Source of the DNA: a virus
Taxonomy: Duplodnaviria > Caudoviricetes
Virus record (IMG/VR): IMGVR_UViG_3300037722_000953
Location: 1 to 63,923 of that record
DNA length: 63,923 nt
Reading direction: 5' to 3' (one strand)
Within the stretch, counting starts at the first letter, position 1; each line of letters starts with the position of its first letter. Position numbers and translations under genes: made by a program. Positions 17,331 through 27,900 of this stretch are shown piece by piece. The notes under the pieces were generated by a model. It saw only the letters and a list, made by a program, of their open reading frames with translations, was not told the origin of the DNA and ran no database searches.

Positions 17331-18116
17331 ATGAAAACAAAAACACTCAATATTCCCGATAACATCATAGACATTCTAGCTGAAATGAGAATCGAGCAAC
17401 GGGGTGATGTCTATATGGGCATCTACGAAAAACAACTCGACCGGCCAACCTACGAGGCGTTCGCCAAGGCGATCAAGGCCCTTGGCGGCAAATGGGATGG
17501 CAGGCTCAGAGCGCAGGTTTTTACCGATGATCCCGGGCCAGCCCTGGGGCTGGTCATCGAGACCGGTACGGTCGAGGTCACCAAAGACGGCTTTCTCCGA
17601 ACGCCTATGAGCGTGGTAGACAGAATGGCTGGCGCAATCGGCTTTGATCCCCGCGTCCATAGATTCCTGGAACCCAGCGCGGGCGATGGCGCAATCGTTG
17701 ACATCCTGACTGGTAAATATGGCGTGCCGTACCGGCTCATTGACTGTGTGGAGATGAACCCGGTCCGGGCGGAGGCCCTAGGAAAAAAGGGATATCGGGT
17801 TTACCCCATCGACTTCTTGAAATATATTACCGCTACCCGCTACGACCGCATCCTGATGAACCCACCATTTGAGGATGGTCAGGATATCGACCATGTCCGG
17901 CACGCATACAAATTACTGGTACCGGGTGGCAAGTTGGTCTCGGTAGTGAGCGAAGGCTCGTTTTTTCGGACCAACCGTAAGGCGGTCGAATTTAGGCAAT
18001 GGATAGTGTCCAAACACGGCTACTTCGATATCAAGCTGCCGGATGGCTCGTTTAGGGCAAGCGGCACGGGCGTAAACGCCAGGATTGTGAAGATTGAAAA
18101 AGGTGAGAACAAATGA
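17331..18116 (+). CDS. N6-adenine-type SAM methyltransferase
   Basis: LEPSAGDG, ILMNPPF, DIDHVRHAY, FRASGTGV. Confidence 0.85.
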   Translation: MKTKTLNIPDNIIDILAEMRIEQRGDVYMGIYEKQLDRPTYEAFAKAIKALGGKWDGRLRAQVFTDDPGPALGLVIETGTVEVTKDGFLRTPMSVVDRMAGAIGFDPRVHRFLEPSAGDGAIVDILTGKYGVPYRLIDCVEMNPVRAEALGKKGYRVYPIDFLKYITATRYDRILMNPPFEDGQDIDHVRHAYKLLVPGGKLVSVVSEGSFFRTNRKAVEFRQWIVSKHGYFDIKLPDGSFRASGTGVNARIVKIEKGENK

Positions 18117-18277
18117 CTGACCCAGCCACCATCTCCATTGACCTCGACCGCCGCCCATCCTGATCGGTCACGGCGCCGACTTTGGGGCCCACTCCGCCAT
18201 CAACTTGGACGAGGGTTGCGATTACGTACCGCGCTCGATTCGGTGGCTGCGGGTCGGTGGCGTACCGTACTTGATAT

Positions 18278-18595
18278 TTGAGTAGAGAGGATAAGGCAAT
18301 GAATCAAATCAAGGCACTTTCGCCCTGGCAACCCTGGGCCTTACTCGTGGCCTTGGGGGAAAAGCAGTACGAAACCCGGTCGTGGCCGACCAGTCACCGG
18401 GGCCCGCTGGTTATCCAAGCAGCGAAACGCAAGTTCTCCACTCTTGATCTTTCGCCGGCTTGCCGGAGCGCGCTACTCCAAGTGCTGAAAGCGCGCTCAT
18501 CAATCAGATGGCCCTACGGCTCTGCCCTGTGCATCGTCACCTTAGTTGACGTCCACCGGGTCGAATCGCGGCATGACAGGCGGCCTAACATTTGA
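18278..18595 (+). CDS. ASCH-domain protein (possibly C-terminally truncated)
   Basis: ALSPWQPWALLVALGEKQYETRSW...RGPLVIQA. Confidence 0.75.
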   Translation: MSREDKAMNQIKALSPWQPWALLVALGEKQYETRSWPTSHRGPLVIQAAKRKFSTLDLSPACRSALLQVLKARSSIRWPYGSALCIVTLVDVHRVESRHDRRPNI

Positions 18596-19072
18596 GTGAT
18601 GAACGAGGCGGGCTATATCGGTGGCCTGATGACCGAGATGACAAACAGCATCCAACCCGGCTGTTTTAGCTTGATCCCTTTTTCCACGATTGAGTGCCAA
18701 TACGTCAGACTCAACCGGTACGTGCTACAAACAGACGAGCGGGGGCGGCCTGTGGGGTACTTACTCCACGGCGCGCCTAGGCGCGGTCAGCCGTTGGTCA
18801 TCAGCCAGCACGCAATAGATTACGATCATTGGCTGACAGGCTACGGTCAGACCGCCTTTGACACACTACTGCAACGCGCCCGGCTTGTTGGCTGTTCGTC
18901 GATTCGGGTGCGCTGTGCGGATGATTTACCCGCACTGTTGTTTTGGCAGACGCTCGGATTTAGGACGTTGCGTGCAGAGCCGGGGGGCAGGACCAGACAA
19001 AGAATGATTGCGGTGATGTACTATCCACTTGAGTTGCCGCTACCTAGTGCGCAGAAAGGACACGAACTATGA
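18596..19072 (+). CDS. GNAT-family acetyltransferase
   Basis: GYG motif A region, 'RCADDLPALLFWQTLGF'. Confidence 0.65.
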   Translation: MMNEAGYIGGLMTEMTNSIQPGCFSLIPFSTIECQYVRLNRYVLQTDERGRPVGYLLHGAPRRGQPLVISQHAIDYDHWLTGYGQTAFDTLLQRARLVGCSSIRVRCADDLPALLFWQTLGFRTLRAEPGGRTRQRMIAVMYYPLELPLPSAQKGHEL

Positions 19073-19419
19073 ACATACCAAATGACCACGTAGGCCGTCC
19101 GACCATCGTTTGTCTTTGTGGCTCAACTCGTTTCTGGTGCGAGTTTCAGCGCGCTGGGTTGGTCGAAACGTTGGCCGGCAAAATTGTGCTGAGCATAGCC
19201 ACCGGCGCGGGCGGTTGGCATTTCGGCGGCAACCCGGACCGGGCAGATAGGGACCGGGTTAAGGCAATGCTCAACGAGTTGCACCTGCGAAAAATCGATC
19301 TTGCCGATGAGGTTTTGATTTTGAACGTTGAAGGCCACATCGGCGAATCGACCGCGCGCCAACTGGACTACGCCCGGTCGAAGGGGAAGATAATTAGATA
19401 CTTGGAGGATAATCAATGA
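19069..19419 (+). CDS. Nucleoside deoxyribosyltransferase-like (DUF4406-like) protein
   Basis: CLCGSTRF...HLRKIDLADEVLILNVEGHIGEST. Confidence 0.65.
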   Translation: MNIPNDHVGRPTIVCLCGSTRFWCEFQRAGLVETLAGKIVLSIATGAGGWHFGGNPDRADRDRVKAMLNELHLRKIDLADEVLILNVEGHIGESTARQLDYARSKGKIIRYLEDNQ

Positions 19420-19829
19420 TAACCAAACGCGAAGCAACCTACTACGCCGCCCCGGACCTGGCGGCCTACATCCCGCCGCGCCGGATAAAGCGCAGCAGGC
19501 AGCGAGGCGCACGTCTGCCTGCGGGCGCTATCGTTTGCAGCCGGCCAACGTTTCTTGGAAATCCGTTCAACTGGCGCTCAGCCGATCTGGGTATGATACC
19601 AGAGAGGATCGCCAAGGGCTACGGCACCGAAGAGTTTATCAAGTGGCTCAATGGACAGGGCGTATGGGTAGACGGTCAGATTGTCAATGACTACCTGCCC
19701 CAACGCCGCCAACAAGTGTTAGACTGGCTCGCGGCACATCAGGGCCAGAGTGGTCTGATCCTGGTGTGCTGGTGCTGGCCGGATGATCCGTGCCACGTTG
19801 ATGAGTATATCAGGAGGCCTAGCCGATGA
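19416..19829 (+). CDS. DUF4326-family protein
   Basis: SRPTFLGNPF...LVCWC-PCH. Confidence 0.75.
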   Translation: MITKREATYYAAPDLAAYIPPRRIKRSRQRGARLPAGAIVCSRPTFLGNPFNWRSADLGMIPERIAKGYGTEEFIKWLNGQGVWVDGQIVNDYLPQRRQQVLDWLAAHQGQSGLILVCWCWPDDPCHVDEYIRRPSR

Positions 19830-20068
19830 AAGCCGTATCCCTGTACTACATATCTGATAGCAACCGGTATGGCCGCGATCAGACCACCAACGCCGCGCAA
19901 CTGCGAGAGTGTTTCGCAGCTTGTGACCCGGTGGTGAAAATGCAGCTTGGGATTTTTTTGGACAGCAATGACCAAAAAATCGACTTCGGCTTTGCCACCG
20001 GTCAGCAGGTGACGATCACACGCGAAACGGTGGAGTTACAGCCGGCGGTGAAGCGGAGGCGAATATGA
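19826..20068 (+). CDS. Hypothetical protein
   Basis: ATGA-coupled. Confidence 0.5.
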   Translation: MKAVSLYYISDSNRYGRDQTTNAAQLRECFAACDPVVKMQLGIFLDSNDQKIDFGFATGQQVTITRETVELQPAVKRRRI

Positions 20069-20307
20069 GAGACAAAGCAGATTTCATCACCCGCTACCTG
20101 AGAACCCGAGAAGGACAAAAACAAATGACGAACACACCTGAGAACACCATCCAATACCTGGCCCTACAACTGTTGATCTGGCAGTTGCAGCAGCGAATAA
20201 CAGCCGGCGAGCCGTTGCTGAGGCCGCTGCTAGTTGAGGCGTTAGAGTGCCTTGATGACTTTACGGTGATTGCAATAGCCGCTGGTCTGAATCGAGGTGG
20301 AAAATGA
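20065..20307 (+). CDS. Hypothetical protein
   Basis: Operon-coupled, end of rightward arm. Confidence 0.45.
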   Translation: MRDKADFITRYLRTREGQKQMTNTPENTIQYLALQLLIWQLQQRITAGEPLLRPLLVEALECLDDFTVIAIAAGLNRGGK

Positions 20308-20389
20308 GTATTGGGTGCATCGAACCACAACAACGTATCATCGAGGTTATGTGGTGGCGGGGCAATTGGATCTACTATTTTGAGACACC

Positions 20390-21196
20390 TCAAACACCAA
20401 ACGCCCCCCGTGTCCGCTGAAAAAGCGAGCCTACAGTGGCATCTGGCAAGGCGTTGGCACATAGGAAGCAGTGTGAGGCGCGACCGGTCAGTAGGCTCAT
20501 GCCAGCGTTGAACGCTCCAACCTGAAGCGCGGACGTTCCACTGTGTATGGACGCTGGAATAGAGGTCGTATTTGTTGTTTTTACTCCGTCGAGAAAAATA
20601 GCTAGTTCGCTCGATGGGGTGAAGCGACCCACCACAAAGTGAAACGCGGCGGCGGAAACAGACGCTGCCCCCGAACTTGCGCTTGTAATGGCGCTCCCGT
20701 CGACAGAAACGAACACTGCCGCGCTGCCATCGCCCTGGATATCCACCAGGTAAGACCGCTGGTTGCCCGCCCCGTTCCACTTGCTAATTAACCCCTGCGC
20801 GGCCCCCGCCGCCACAGCCCAAAAATACCCCCCCATCGTCAACCCACGTACCCCGCTGGCGTAAATTGTCTCAGTCCCTGAAATATCAAGGCCAGCCTCA
20901 TCGGCCCGGCTCAGAAAATCCCCCGTACCGTCGAGATCGATATATGGCACAAGGTTGTTATAAATGTTATACGTCGGATTGCCGTTATAGGTCAGGGTCC
21001 GGCCCTGCCCGCTCAGGTCGTAAGCATTGCCCGTACTGCCCTGGACGCTCGACATCGGCCAGAAACCGACCAGGCCGGGCAGGTCCAGAAATGGGCTAAT
21101 CAGGTCTGAGCTTTTCTCCGGCTTGACCAGGTTGTTAACCTGAGTTTGTAAATCCTTTACTTGCCGGGTTAGATCAATCATCGCCTGGTCAATCAT
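20390..21196 (-). CDS. LamG/ConA-like tail-tip (receptor-binding) protein
   Basis: GLVGFWPM, FHFVVGRF...IFLDG, LQVGA; last gene of the tail operon. Confidence 0.75.
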   Translation of the reverse strand: MIDQAMIDLTRQVKDLQTQVNNLVKPEKSSDLISPFLDLPGLVGFWPMSSVQGSTGNAYDLSGQGRTLTYNGNPTYNIYNNLVPYIDLDGTGDFLSRADEAGLDISGTETIYASGVRGLTMGGYFWAVAAGAAQGLISKWNGAGNQRSYLVDIQGDGSAAVFVSVDGSAITSASSGAASVSAAAFHFVVGRFTPSSELAIFLDGVKTTNTTSIPASIHSGTSALQVGAFNAGMSLLTGRASHCFLCANALPDATVGSLFQRTRGAFGV

Positions 21197-22323
21197 AATG
21201 CCGCTTCAAAATCTAACCGGGTATTGACCGTCTCCAGCCCGGTTTCGTCAACCGATAGCGCGACCGCCCGAATGATGCTATCAAATTGAATGTTGGCATA
21301 TTTAGCCCGCACTTTGTCACCAAAGTTCCAATGGATACCAAATCGCGTACCCTTGGTGTCTACCGGCTGGCCGGTAAAGTGAATACGGGGCCTGCCTTCG
21401 CTCAAATGCCGGCGGCCAGTTTCCCGGACGCCATTGGCCGTCGTCTGATCCCTGGCGTCTACAAAGCCCTCGCAGCGCGCCCACTGCGAGACGCCGTACC
21501 GGTCGGCATCGTAGACCTGTTGAATGTTTCTACTGCTGCCCTCCCCCTGGCCGGCGGCGTAGACGTAGTTCTCCTCATTGCTGTGATCGTATTCCAACGA
21601 AGGGTTTTTGAGGTTACCGGTCTCTTGAGAGAAGGCGACCTGGGCCGAAACATCCTGGCCCGGCTGGTTGATGGTAGTTTGGAATTGAAAACTAATTGAA
21701 TTGGAACTAATCACATTCGGGACTATATCAAAAAATACCTCATTACCCGCTGCCCTGGCGGCTTTGGCGATGTCATTAAATATGCCACTTTCGCCGGTAG
21801 CCAACAGCTTACCAAACTCAAGATTTCTTACCAGGATCGGCCCCAGACTGGTATCAGCTTGAACCGAGAGATCGCCCCAGACCCGTGTGCCGGCGTCCGG
21901 CGTGGGTGCCACGCTATCCGAGGTGGCTTCCGACAATATCTCTTTCATCATATTATCGGCATAGTCGGCCTTAGTAGCCTGAGATGAGCCTGAATAGGCG
22001 ATGGCATGGCGACGCCTGAGTAAATCCTTCATATCCGGGCCGGCAAGGGTAACAACTTCGTCACTCTCATTATGCTGAAATATCCAGCGCCTGAGAAGAT
22101 AGGTATTCCATAGCGACAGGACGCCACCGGTGGGCTGTCGCCAGATTTGCACCATTCGATCCGGTCCGATGAGATCGCGGCTGAATGAAAGAGGCATGGT
22201 CATAGTAAAATTGGCGATTTGATTGGCCGTTTTACCGGCCTGGAGATTAGTAAGGTTATCAAGTGAGGCCAACCTTACGCCAAAGCCGTCAGTGAGCCAG
22301 ATTTCATAATTAGCGGTCATCAA
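21193..22323 (-). CDS. Siphovirus minor tail protein (ReqiPepy6 Gp37-like)
   Basis: NYVYAAGQGEG, EGFVDAR, FGIHWNFGDKV. Confidence 0.8.
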   Translation of the reverse strand: MMTANYEIWLTDGFGVRLASLDNLTNLQAGKTANQIANFTMTMPLSFSRDLIGPDRMVQIWRQPTGGVLSLWNTYLLRRWIFQHNESDEVVTLAGPDMKDLLRRRHAIAYSGSSQATKADYADNMMKEILSEATSDSVAPTPDAGTRVWGDLSVQADTSLGPILVRNLEFGKLLATGESGIFNDIAKAARAAGNEVFFDIVPNVISSNSISFQFQTTINQPGQDVSAQVAFSQETGNLKNPSLEYDHSNEENYVYAAGQGEGSSRNIQQVYDADRYGVSQWARCEGFVDARDQTTANGVRETGRRHLSEGRPRIHFTGQPVDTKGTRFGIHWNFGDKVRAKYANIQFDSIIRAVALSVDETGLETVNTRLDFEAAL

Positions 22324-24914
22324 TCATAGCCATCATAGGCGTCTTGCCACAACAACCGGGCTGTAACAGCAGCCGCATAGATGCCCGATCCCGTATCGAC
22401 GTAACAGGTGATGTCATTACTACCAGGCAATAATGCCCAAGTCCCCAAGTCCGAAGCAGGCAAAACAGCGCCTGGTTTTGGTCTGGTGGATGGAAGAGAG
22501 ACAACACTCTGACTCGTTGGTGTTAAATCAATCACCAGGGTTTCACCATCTTTTAGGCTATAATTGATGCTAATTTCCTTGCCCGTCGTTTCGTTTCTGA
22601 CCTTTGTTATCGTAGTCGTACTCCCCCCCGTTCTGGTAAATATAATCGTCGGACGCGCTGCTACAGTGCCGGAATTATTAACAGTGACCAAACCACCATA
22701 ATACGACGTAACACCGGCCAAGCTCGATGCCCCCACGAACACAGAATACCTTTGTTTAATCAATGGATCGTGGTATTTACTGGCATAAATGGCAAACAAA
22801 CTAGGCGTGCCACCTAATTCAAGATCGATATGTGTCCAGGCCGAGCCATTCCATCGGCTAATGCGATTAGTTAAACTCAACCCCCCGGCCTCGGTAAAAA
22901 TACCGGAAGCCCAAAGACTCTTATCAGGCGCTATCGATACATCAAAAACAATATTATCCATACCAGAACTTAACGGAACAAAAGACACTCCGTTCCAGGC
23001 AACGATAAAATTTACCAAATTACCGTCACCATCCACCGTGAATGATCCGCCGATATAGGCTATGCCGGTATCTGGATCGACCTGTATCACGAACGCGCCA
23101 CCCGCCCCCAGGCCGTTACCCAATGCACTCCAGGCCGAATTTACGCTATCCCAGGCGGCTATATAATTAGCGGCGCTACCCCCGGCAGTGGTAAATTGTC
23201 CGCCTGCCAAAATAGTTGTGCCGTCGAGCAGAACGCCCAGAGATAAACCCTGGTTATTCAGACCACTACCCAAAGCGGACCAGGTGCCGTTGAATATGTC
23301 CCAGGATGCGATACGGTTAGCCGCCCCGCCACTGCCCAATGTTGTAAAATCACCGACTACATATAAAATATCGTTATCGTCGACAACAACGTCTCTGGCA
23401 ATACCTCCCAGGCCACTACCCAGGGCGGCCCACGTTTCCGATACCGTGTCCCAGGCGGCGATACGGTTGGCCCCCGACCCACCTGCGGTAGTAAAACTGC
23501 CGACAACATATAAAACGCCGTTGTCAGAAAGCCACAGGGCAATGCCAGAAGCATTTAGACCGGTGCCCAATGCGCTATAGACTTGATCGACCTTATGCCA
23601 CCTTACAATATAATCTGCGTTGGCTATATTATCAAAGTTGGTAAAATTGCCCGTGATGTATACATATGTTTCGTCTTCGGCAAAGTCATTTATATTTGTG
23701 TATGTGCCCGAAGCACTGGGCGGCCCTAAATTAGACCATTGTCCGGTTGACCTCAATCGACCGGCGACATATCTAAATGTTGCGCTGTCCTGAGTGTCTA
23801 GCAGCGCCGCACTCTCCCCAATCTCATACCAAAACGGATTAGGCGCTTGTAACTGGATGGATGCTTTCTCGGTATAAAGTTCTGCTTTGCCCCACTTATC
23901 ATCGTCAATGATTTCCCAGCCACCATAAAAAGCCGACTTTTTACCCTCCAGCCCCCCGGCATAGTAAGCCGAAATTTCCTTCTGGACTTGCGCGCCGCTA
24001 AACCTGATCTTTGTCGCCTGTCCGCCCAGTGTCTGAAATTCCAATCGCAGAGCCTGCCTTTTGGCGTGTAGCTCTTCTTCACTTTCGGCAATAAATTTAC
24101 CAATCAAAGTAAATTCACGTGGCAATATCTTCTCGGAATTCAGTTCGCCGCCCGGCAGGATTGCGTACTGATCGATGCCCAGCCGCAGCGGGCTGGCTCC
24201 GGCATCGATTATCTCCTCGATTCTAAAGCCGTATTCTTCGTAGAAATCGACCGGCTCACCACCCGCTTTCGAGCCGCCGCTTCGTCGACTGACCGCGGCA
24301 TGCTCTGGGCCCAACCACTCACAGCCCTCCTGACTACCGTCGATATAAGTCGTTAGTTGCCCCGGTTCGACCTGCAAGCCGTCGATGTAGACATCCATAT
24401 TGGTACTGGCCAGGATATTTAGATTAGTCTGGCCGTTCGTCTCCCCGGCTGAAAACTCGGCGCTGTACAAGTTCCACTGCTTATCTATTTTCCCGACGAG
24501 TTGAAGTGTGTGCTGACCGGTTCCTACCTGGCCTACCAGTTCACCCTTGGCCAGGTTCCTGACACGGACCGACACGGTATGGTTCGAGTTCGTCAGCGTA
24601 CCAAGCGTCAGGCTAATGCCGTCATTAGTTGCGCCGGCCTGAACACGGTATGAGTACGGGCCATATTTTTGATACGTGGTTGAGCGGGTAACGGTCGCCC
24701 CGGCGACGGCGCTGAAGTTGCCGGTTGTCTCGGCACTCGGATTGAGCACGTAATTTATTCGCGCCTCATTCAGGTATTTAACTATCTGCCACGAGTTATT
24801 ATCACAATTATTCATGCACATTATCACCGGTAAATAGATAAACGTCTGAGCATGTACCGAGGTTTGAAGTACTATCAACAAAAGCAGAGTAATAATCCAT
24901 TTCGCTAATCTCAC
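22320..24914 (-). CDS. Distal-tail-like protein with CBM-like and beta-propeller insertions and an N-terminal signal-peptide-like leader
   Basis: Directly after the TMP; NYVLNPSAE; repeats V.G.FTT.GG..AN.IA.WD...W.ALG.GL; C-terminal LLPGSNDI. Confidence 0.75.
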   Translation of the reverse strand: MRLAKWIITLLLLIVLQTSVHAQTFIYLPVIMCMNNCDNNSWQIVKYLNEARINYVLNPSAETTGNFSAVAGATVTRSTTYQKYGPYSYRVQAGATNDGISLTLGTLTNSNHTVSVRVRNLAKGELVGQVGTGQHTLQLVGKIDKQWNLYSAEFSAGETNGQTNLNILASTNMDVYIDGLQVEPGQLTTYIDGSQEGCEWLGPEHAAVSRRSGGSKAGGEPVDFYEEYGFRIEEIIDAGASPLRLGIDQYAILPGGELNSEKILPREFTLIGKFIAESEEELHAKRQALRLEFQTLGGQATKIRFSGAQVQKEISAYYAGGLEGKKSAFYGGWEIIDDDKWGKAELYTEKASIQLQAPNPFWYEIGESAALLDTQDSATFRYVAGRLRSTGQWSNLGPPSASGTYTNINDFAEDETYVYITGNFTNFDNIANADYIVRWHKVDQVYSALGTGLNASGIALWLSDNGVLYVVGSFTTAGGSGANRIAAWDTVSETWAALGSGLGGIARDVVVDDNDILYVVGDFTTLGSGGAANRIASWDIFNGTWSALGSGLNNQGLSLGVLLDGTTILAGGQFTTAGGSAANYIAAWDSVNSAWSALGNGLGAGGAFVIQVDPDTGIAYIGGSFTVDGDGNLVNFIVAWNGVSFVPLSSGMDNIVFDVSIAPDKSLWASGIFTEAGGLSLTNRISRWNGSAWTHIDLELGGTPSLFAIYASKYHDPLIKQRYSVFVGASSLAGVTSYYGGLVTVNNSGTVAARPTIIFTRTGGSTTTITKVRNETTGKEISINYSLKDGETLVIDLTPTSQSVVSLPSTRPKPGAVLPASDLGTWALLPGSNDITCYVDTGSGIYAAAVTARLLWQDAYDGYD

Positions 24915-27900
24915 ACCATTCCTTGCATTACGGCAAACTGGCCTATGACCGCTCGCGGATTGGCCGTCGTATTGACCGTCATATTGAAATTGTTGTGCGT
25001 GACACTTGAATTGCCGGCGATAGGCGCCTGGTTGATCAACGGCTGTATCACGGGCGCCATAACCGATTGTATAGTCGGTATCATCGAAGCCAGCCCCTCG
25101 GCCATACCCAGACCGACATTACGGAATTTCTCGAACATTACCTTGCTCGGAGAGGCTATACCCAAATCGGTATTGATTTGCTCGATCATTGCCTGGATAA
25201 CTGCGTTCGTTGCTTCGACGATATCTTGTGTAGAGGCGTCGAGGCCCAAACCAATACCCCCCAGAATTTCAGAAGCGTTCAACCCGGCCTCGTCTATCTG
25301 ATCGAGCAACGCCAATTGCCTATCCAGAAACGCCAGCTGTTGCTGCGACTGCTGCAACTCGTTTAGATCATCTTGGATCTCTCGGCGCTCAGCCAACATT
25401 TCGTTGAGTCTGTCTGCGGCTTCAGCCGCCGTTAACATCTGTCCGGCAAACTCAACGTCCGTGCCTTTGTTGACCAGATTGGCCAGGGTGGCAATATCGG
25501 AGTTGAGTTTGCTTACAGATTGATTGGCTACATCCAGCAGGGTATTGCCAAAAGCGACAGCTTGCCGTGCGCCGTCCCGGAACATTTCCTGTAGTGCGGC
25601 TTCGTTTTCGGCTTGAAAAATATCGAAGTTATTCTCAAACACATCCGCTACCCTAGCTGCCAACCGGTCAGTCATTTTGATGCCGGCTTTTTCCCAGTTT
25701 GGAATGGCCTGCTGAATCAGCTTGGCAATGAAGTTCTCCCTTTCTTTGCCGCCTAACTCACCCAGTCTCGTCATCTCGTCGATGTTGCTCTTGATGACGT
25801 TTTTGGCAACATTAAGAATGAGGGTGGCCTTTGGTTGTGATATACCCAAGCCACCGTGCTCCAATAATTCCTCCACCTCATCAAAAGCGGCCCCGGCGGC
25901 ATTTAGAGGATCGGTGATGGACCGGTCGACACTAAACAACTGGTCCAGTGCCGCCTTGAACTCAGGACCTTTTTTGTCCAATCCAATGATGCCACCCTCG
26001 ACGAAATCCTCCATCAAACTCATCATAACAGTTGATGGAGACTGAATACCCAACTCCCTGGCGACATCCTCGACGGCGGTTCTGGCCAAGCCCTTCAGTG
26101 TCTCGCGTACCGCCTCGATGTTGTCCTGGATACCCTTATCGATTCCCATCACGATGCTTTCACCGACTTCGGGCCATTCCATCTCTGTGATGGCGTCGCC
26201 AAAATCGCTGATTTGCTGAGTGGCCGTTTCTAACCCCGCGCCCAGATCGCTCCCGAAAGCCTCGGTGCTCTCCTGCGCCTCCTCCATCCCTTCCTGCAAG
26301 AGATCGACATCGCCTTTGGTGTCTTGCGCCGCAGTCTGCATGCTGGTAAAGGTGGTTTGCACCCCTTCGGCGCTCATCTCCTGTTGAACGAGGTCGATAA
26401 GTTGCTGCCTTAGTTGGTCTTGCTGCAACTGCTGCCGGACTTGATTTTTGATTAGCCCAACATCCCAGAGCTTGGTCACCTGATTGGTCAGGATGTCCGT
26501 AGCAGCGGCTTGTAATGCCTCCTGGTTTCCGGACGCCATAGCGTCCCGGATTGGCTGGAAGAAGTCTTGTCCGGCAAATTGTTGATTGAGTTGGTCCAGC
26601 CACTCCGAACCAAAACCGCTAGTAGCCACCGTAGCCAGGCGTCTGGCCGCCTCGTCCATTCGTTGACCTTCGCCAACTTCGGGCGGCTGCCAAACCTCAG
26701 ATAAAGTCGGTTTGATGACGCTCTCGATAGTGCCTCTAATATTGTCAGCGGCGCCCTCGAACGAACTCTGGAATGCCTTCGCGCTTTCCTTTGCCGCATC
26801 CTCCTCTAGTTTTTGTCGTTCGTCTATTCTCTCCTGGTCGATTTTACGCTGAAAATCGGCCTGCAACTCTACTTGTTTCCCCCGCGCCATAGCCATTTGC
26901 CTGAAAGCATCCGCTTGCCTGGCCGTGTCGGGCGTGACAAAGCCTTGCTCAGCGGCTTTGGCCAACTGTATCTCCAAAGTGGCGTCACTGGCCGCCTTCT
27001 TAACAGCGTCGAAGGCATCTGCTGTTAGAGCAAGGCTTTCTTGCAGCGCCTCGTCGCCTGCCGCAACCTCATCTACCGCTGTTTTATAATCGACAAATGT
27101 TGCTGATGTGGCTATAATTTCTTGTTGCAAATCTTGGATAGCAGCTTGATTTTCTTCTATGCCGCTGGCGGCGTCTTCTGAAGCTTCTCCCAAATCCTCA
27201 GCGGCGGCGGCCTGGTCCTCAATCGGGGGTATAGCCCGCATTACAGCTTGTTCCAGTTCTTCTCCCCCGACTGCCAACTTAACCAACGCCACTACGCCAT
27301 CGGCGGATAACTGTAACAAGGCCTCTTGTCGGGCAAACCAGGTATCAAATGCAGTGGAGGCCGTGTTGGTAGCACTGGCCCAAGTTTGCATAGCCAAACT
27401 TGTTGTGCCAAGCTCTTCGCTGATTGCGCCCAGTTGAGTTAATGTTGTCTGCCAGGTTCGCACGCCATCTGATAAAACAACAATCATGTCCGTACCGGCT
27501 TGGGTGACTGCTCTCAGACCCCCCTCCATGGCATCAAAAGTATCCAACCTCAACCCGCTCAAGGCAGAGTTAAAGAGCGTCAGGTCGCCTTCGAGGTTGT
27601 CCAGTTGTTTTGCGGCGATTCCGCTTGCGGTACCAACGCTATCCCTTAATTCGTTGCCGTAATTTCTTAAGTCACCCTCGCCTTTATTCAATAAAACCTG
27701 AAAAGCTGAGAATTGACGTGTGCCAACCAGGGTTTTTAGTGCCGCAGTTTGTTGCTCCTGGGTTAATCCCCTCAACGCCTGATTGACATTACCCACAATG
27801 GCCGGTAGCTCAAGCATATTACCCTGGGCGTCAAAGATACTGATACCAAGTTCGTCCATCGTGGCTTGGGCCTTGGCGCTTGGCGAGGCCAATTGTAGAA

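Noticed and set aside
23100-23600. Repeats in the tail gene as a DGR template/variable pair
   Set aside because: They are protein-level propeller repeats; no reverse transcriptase and no adenine-specific mismatch pattern seen
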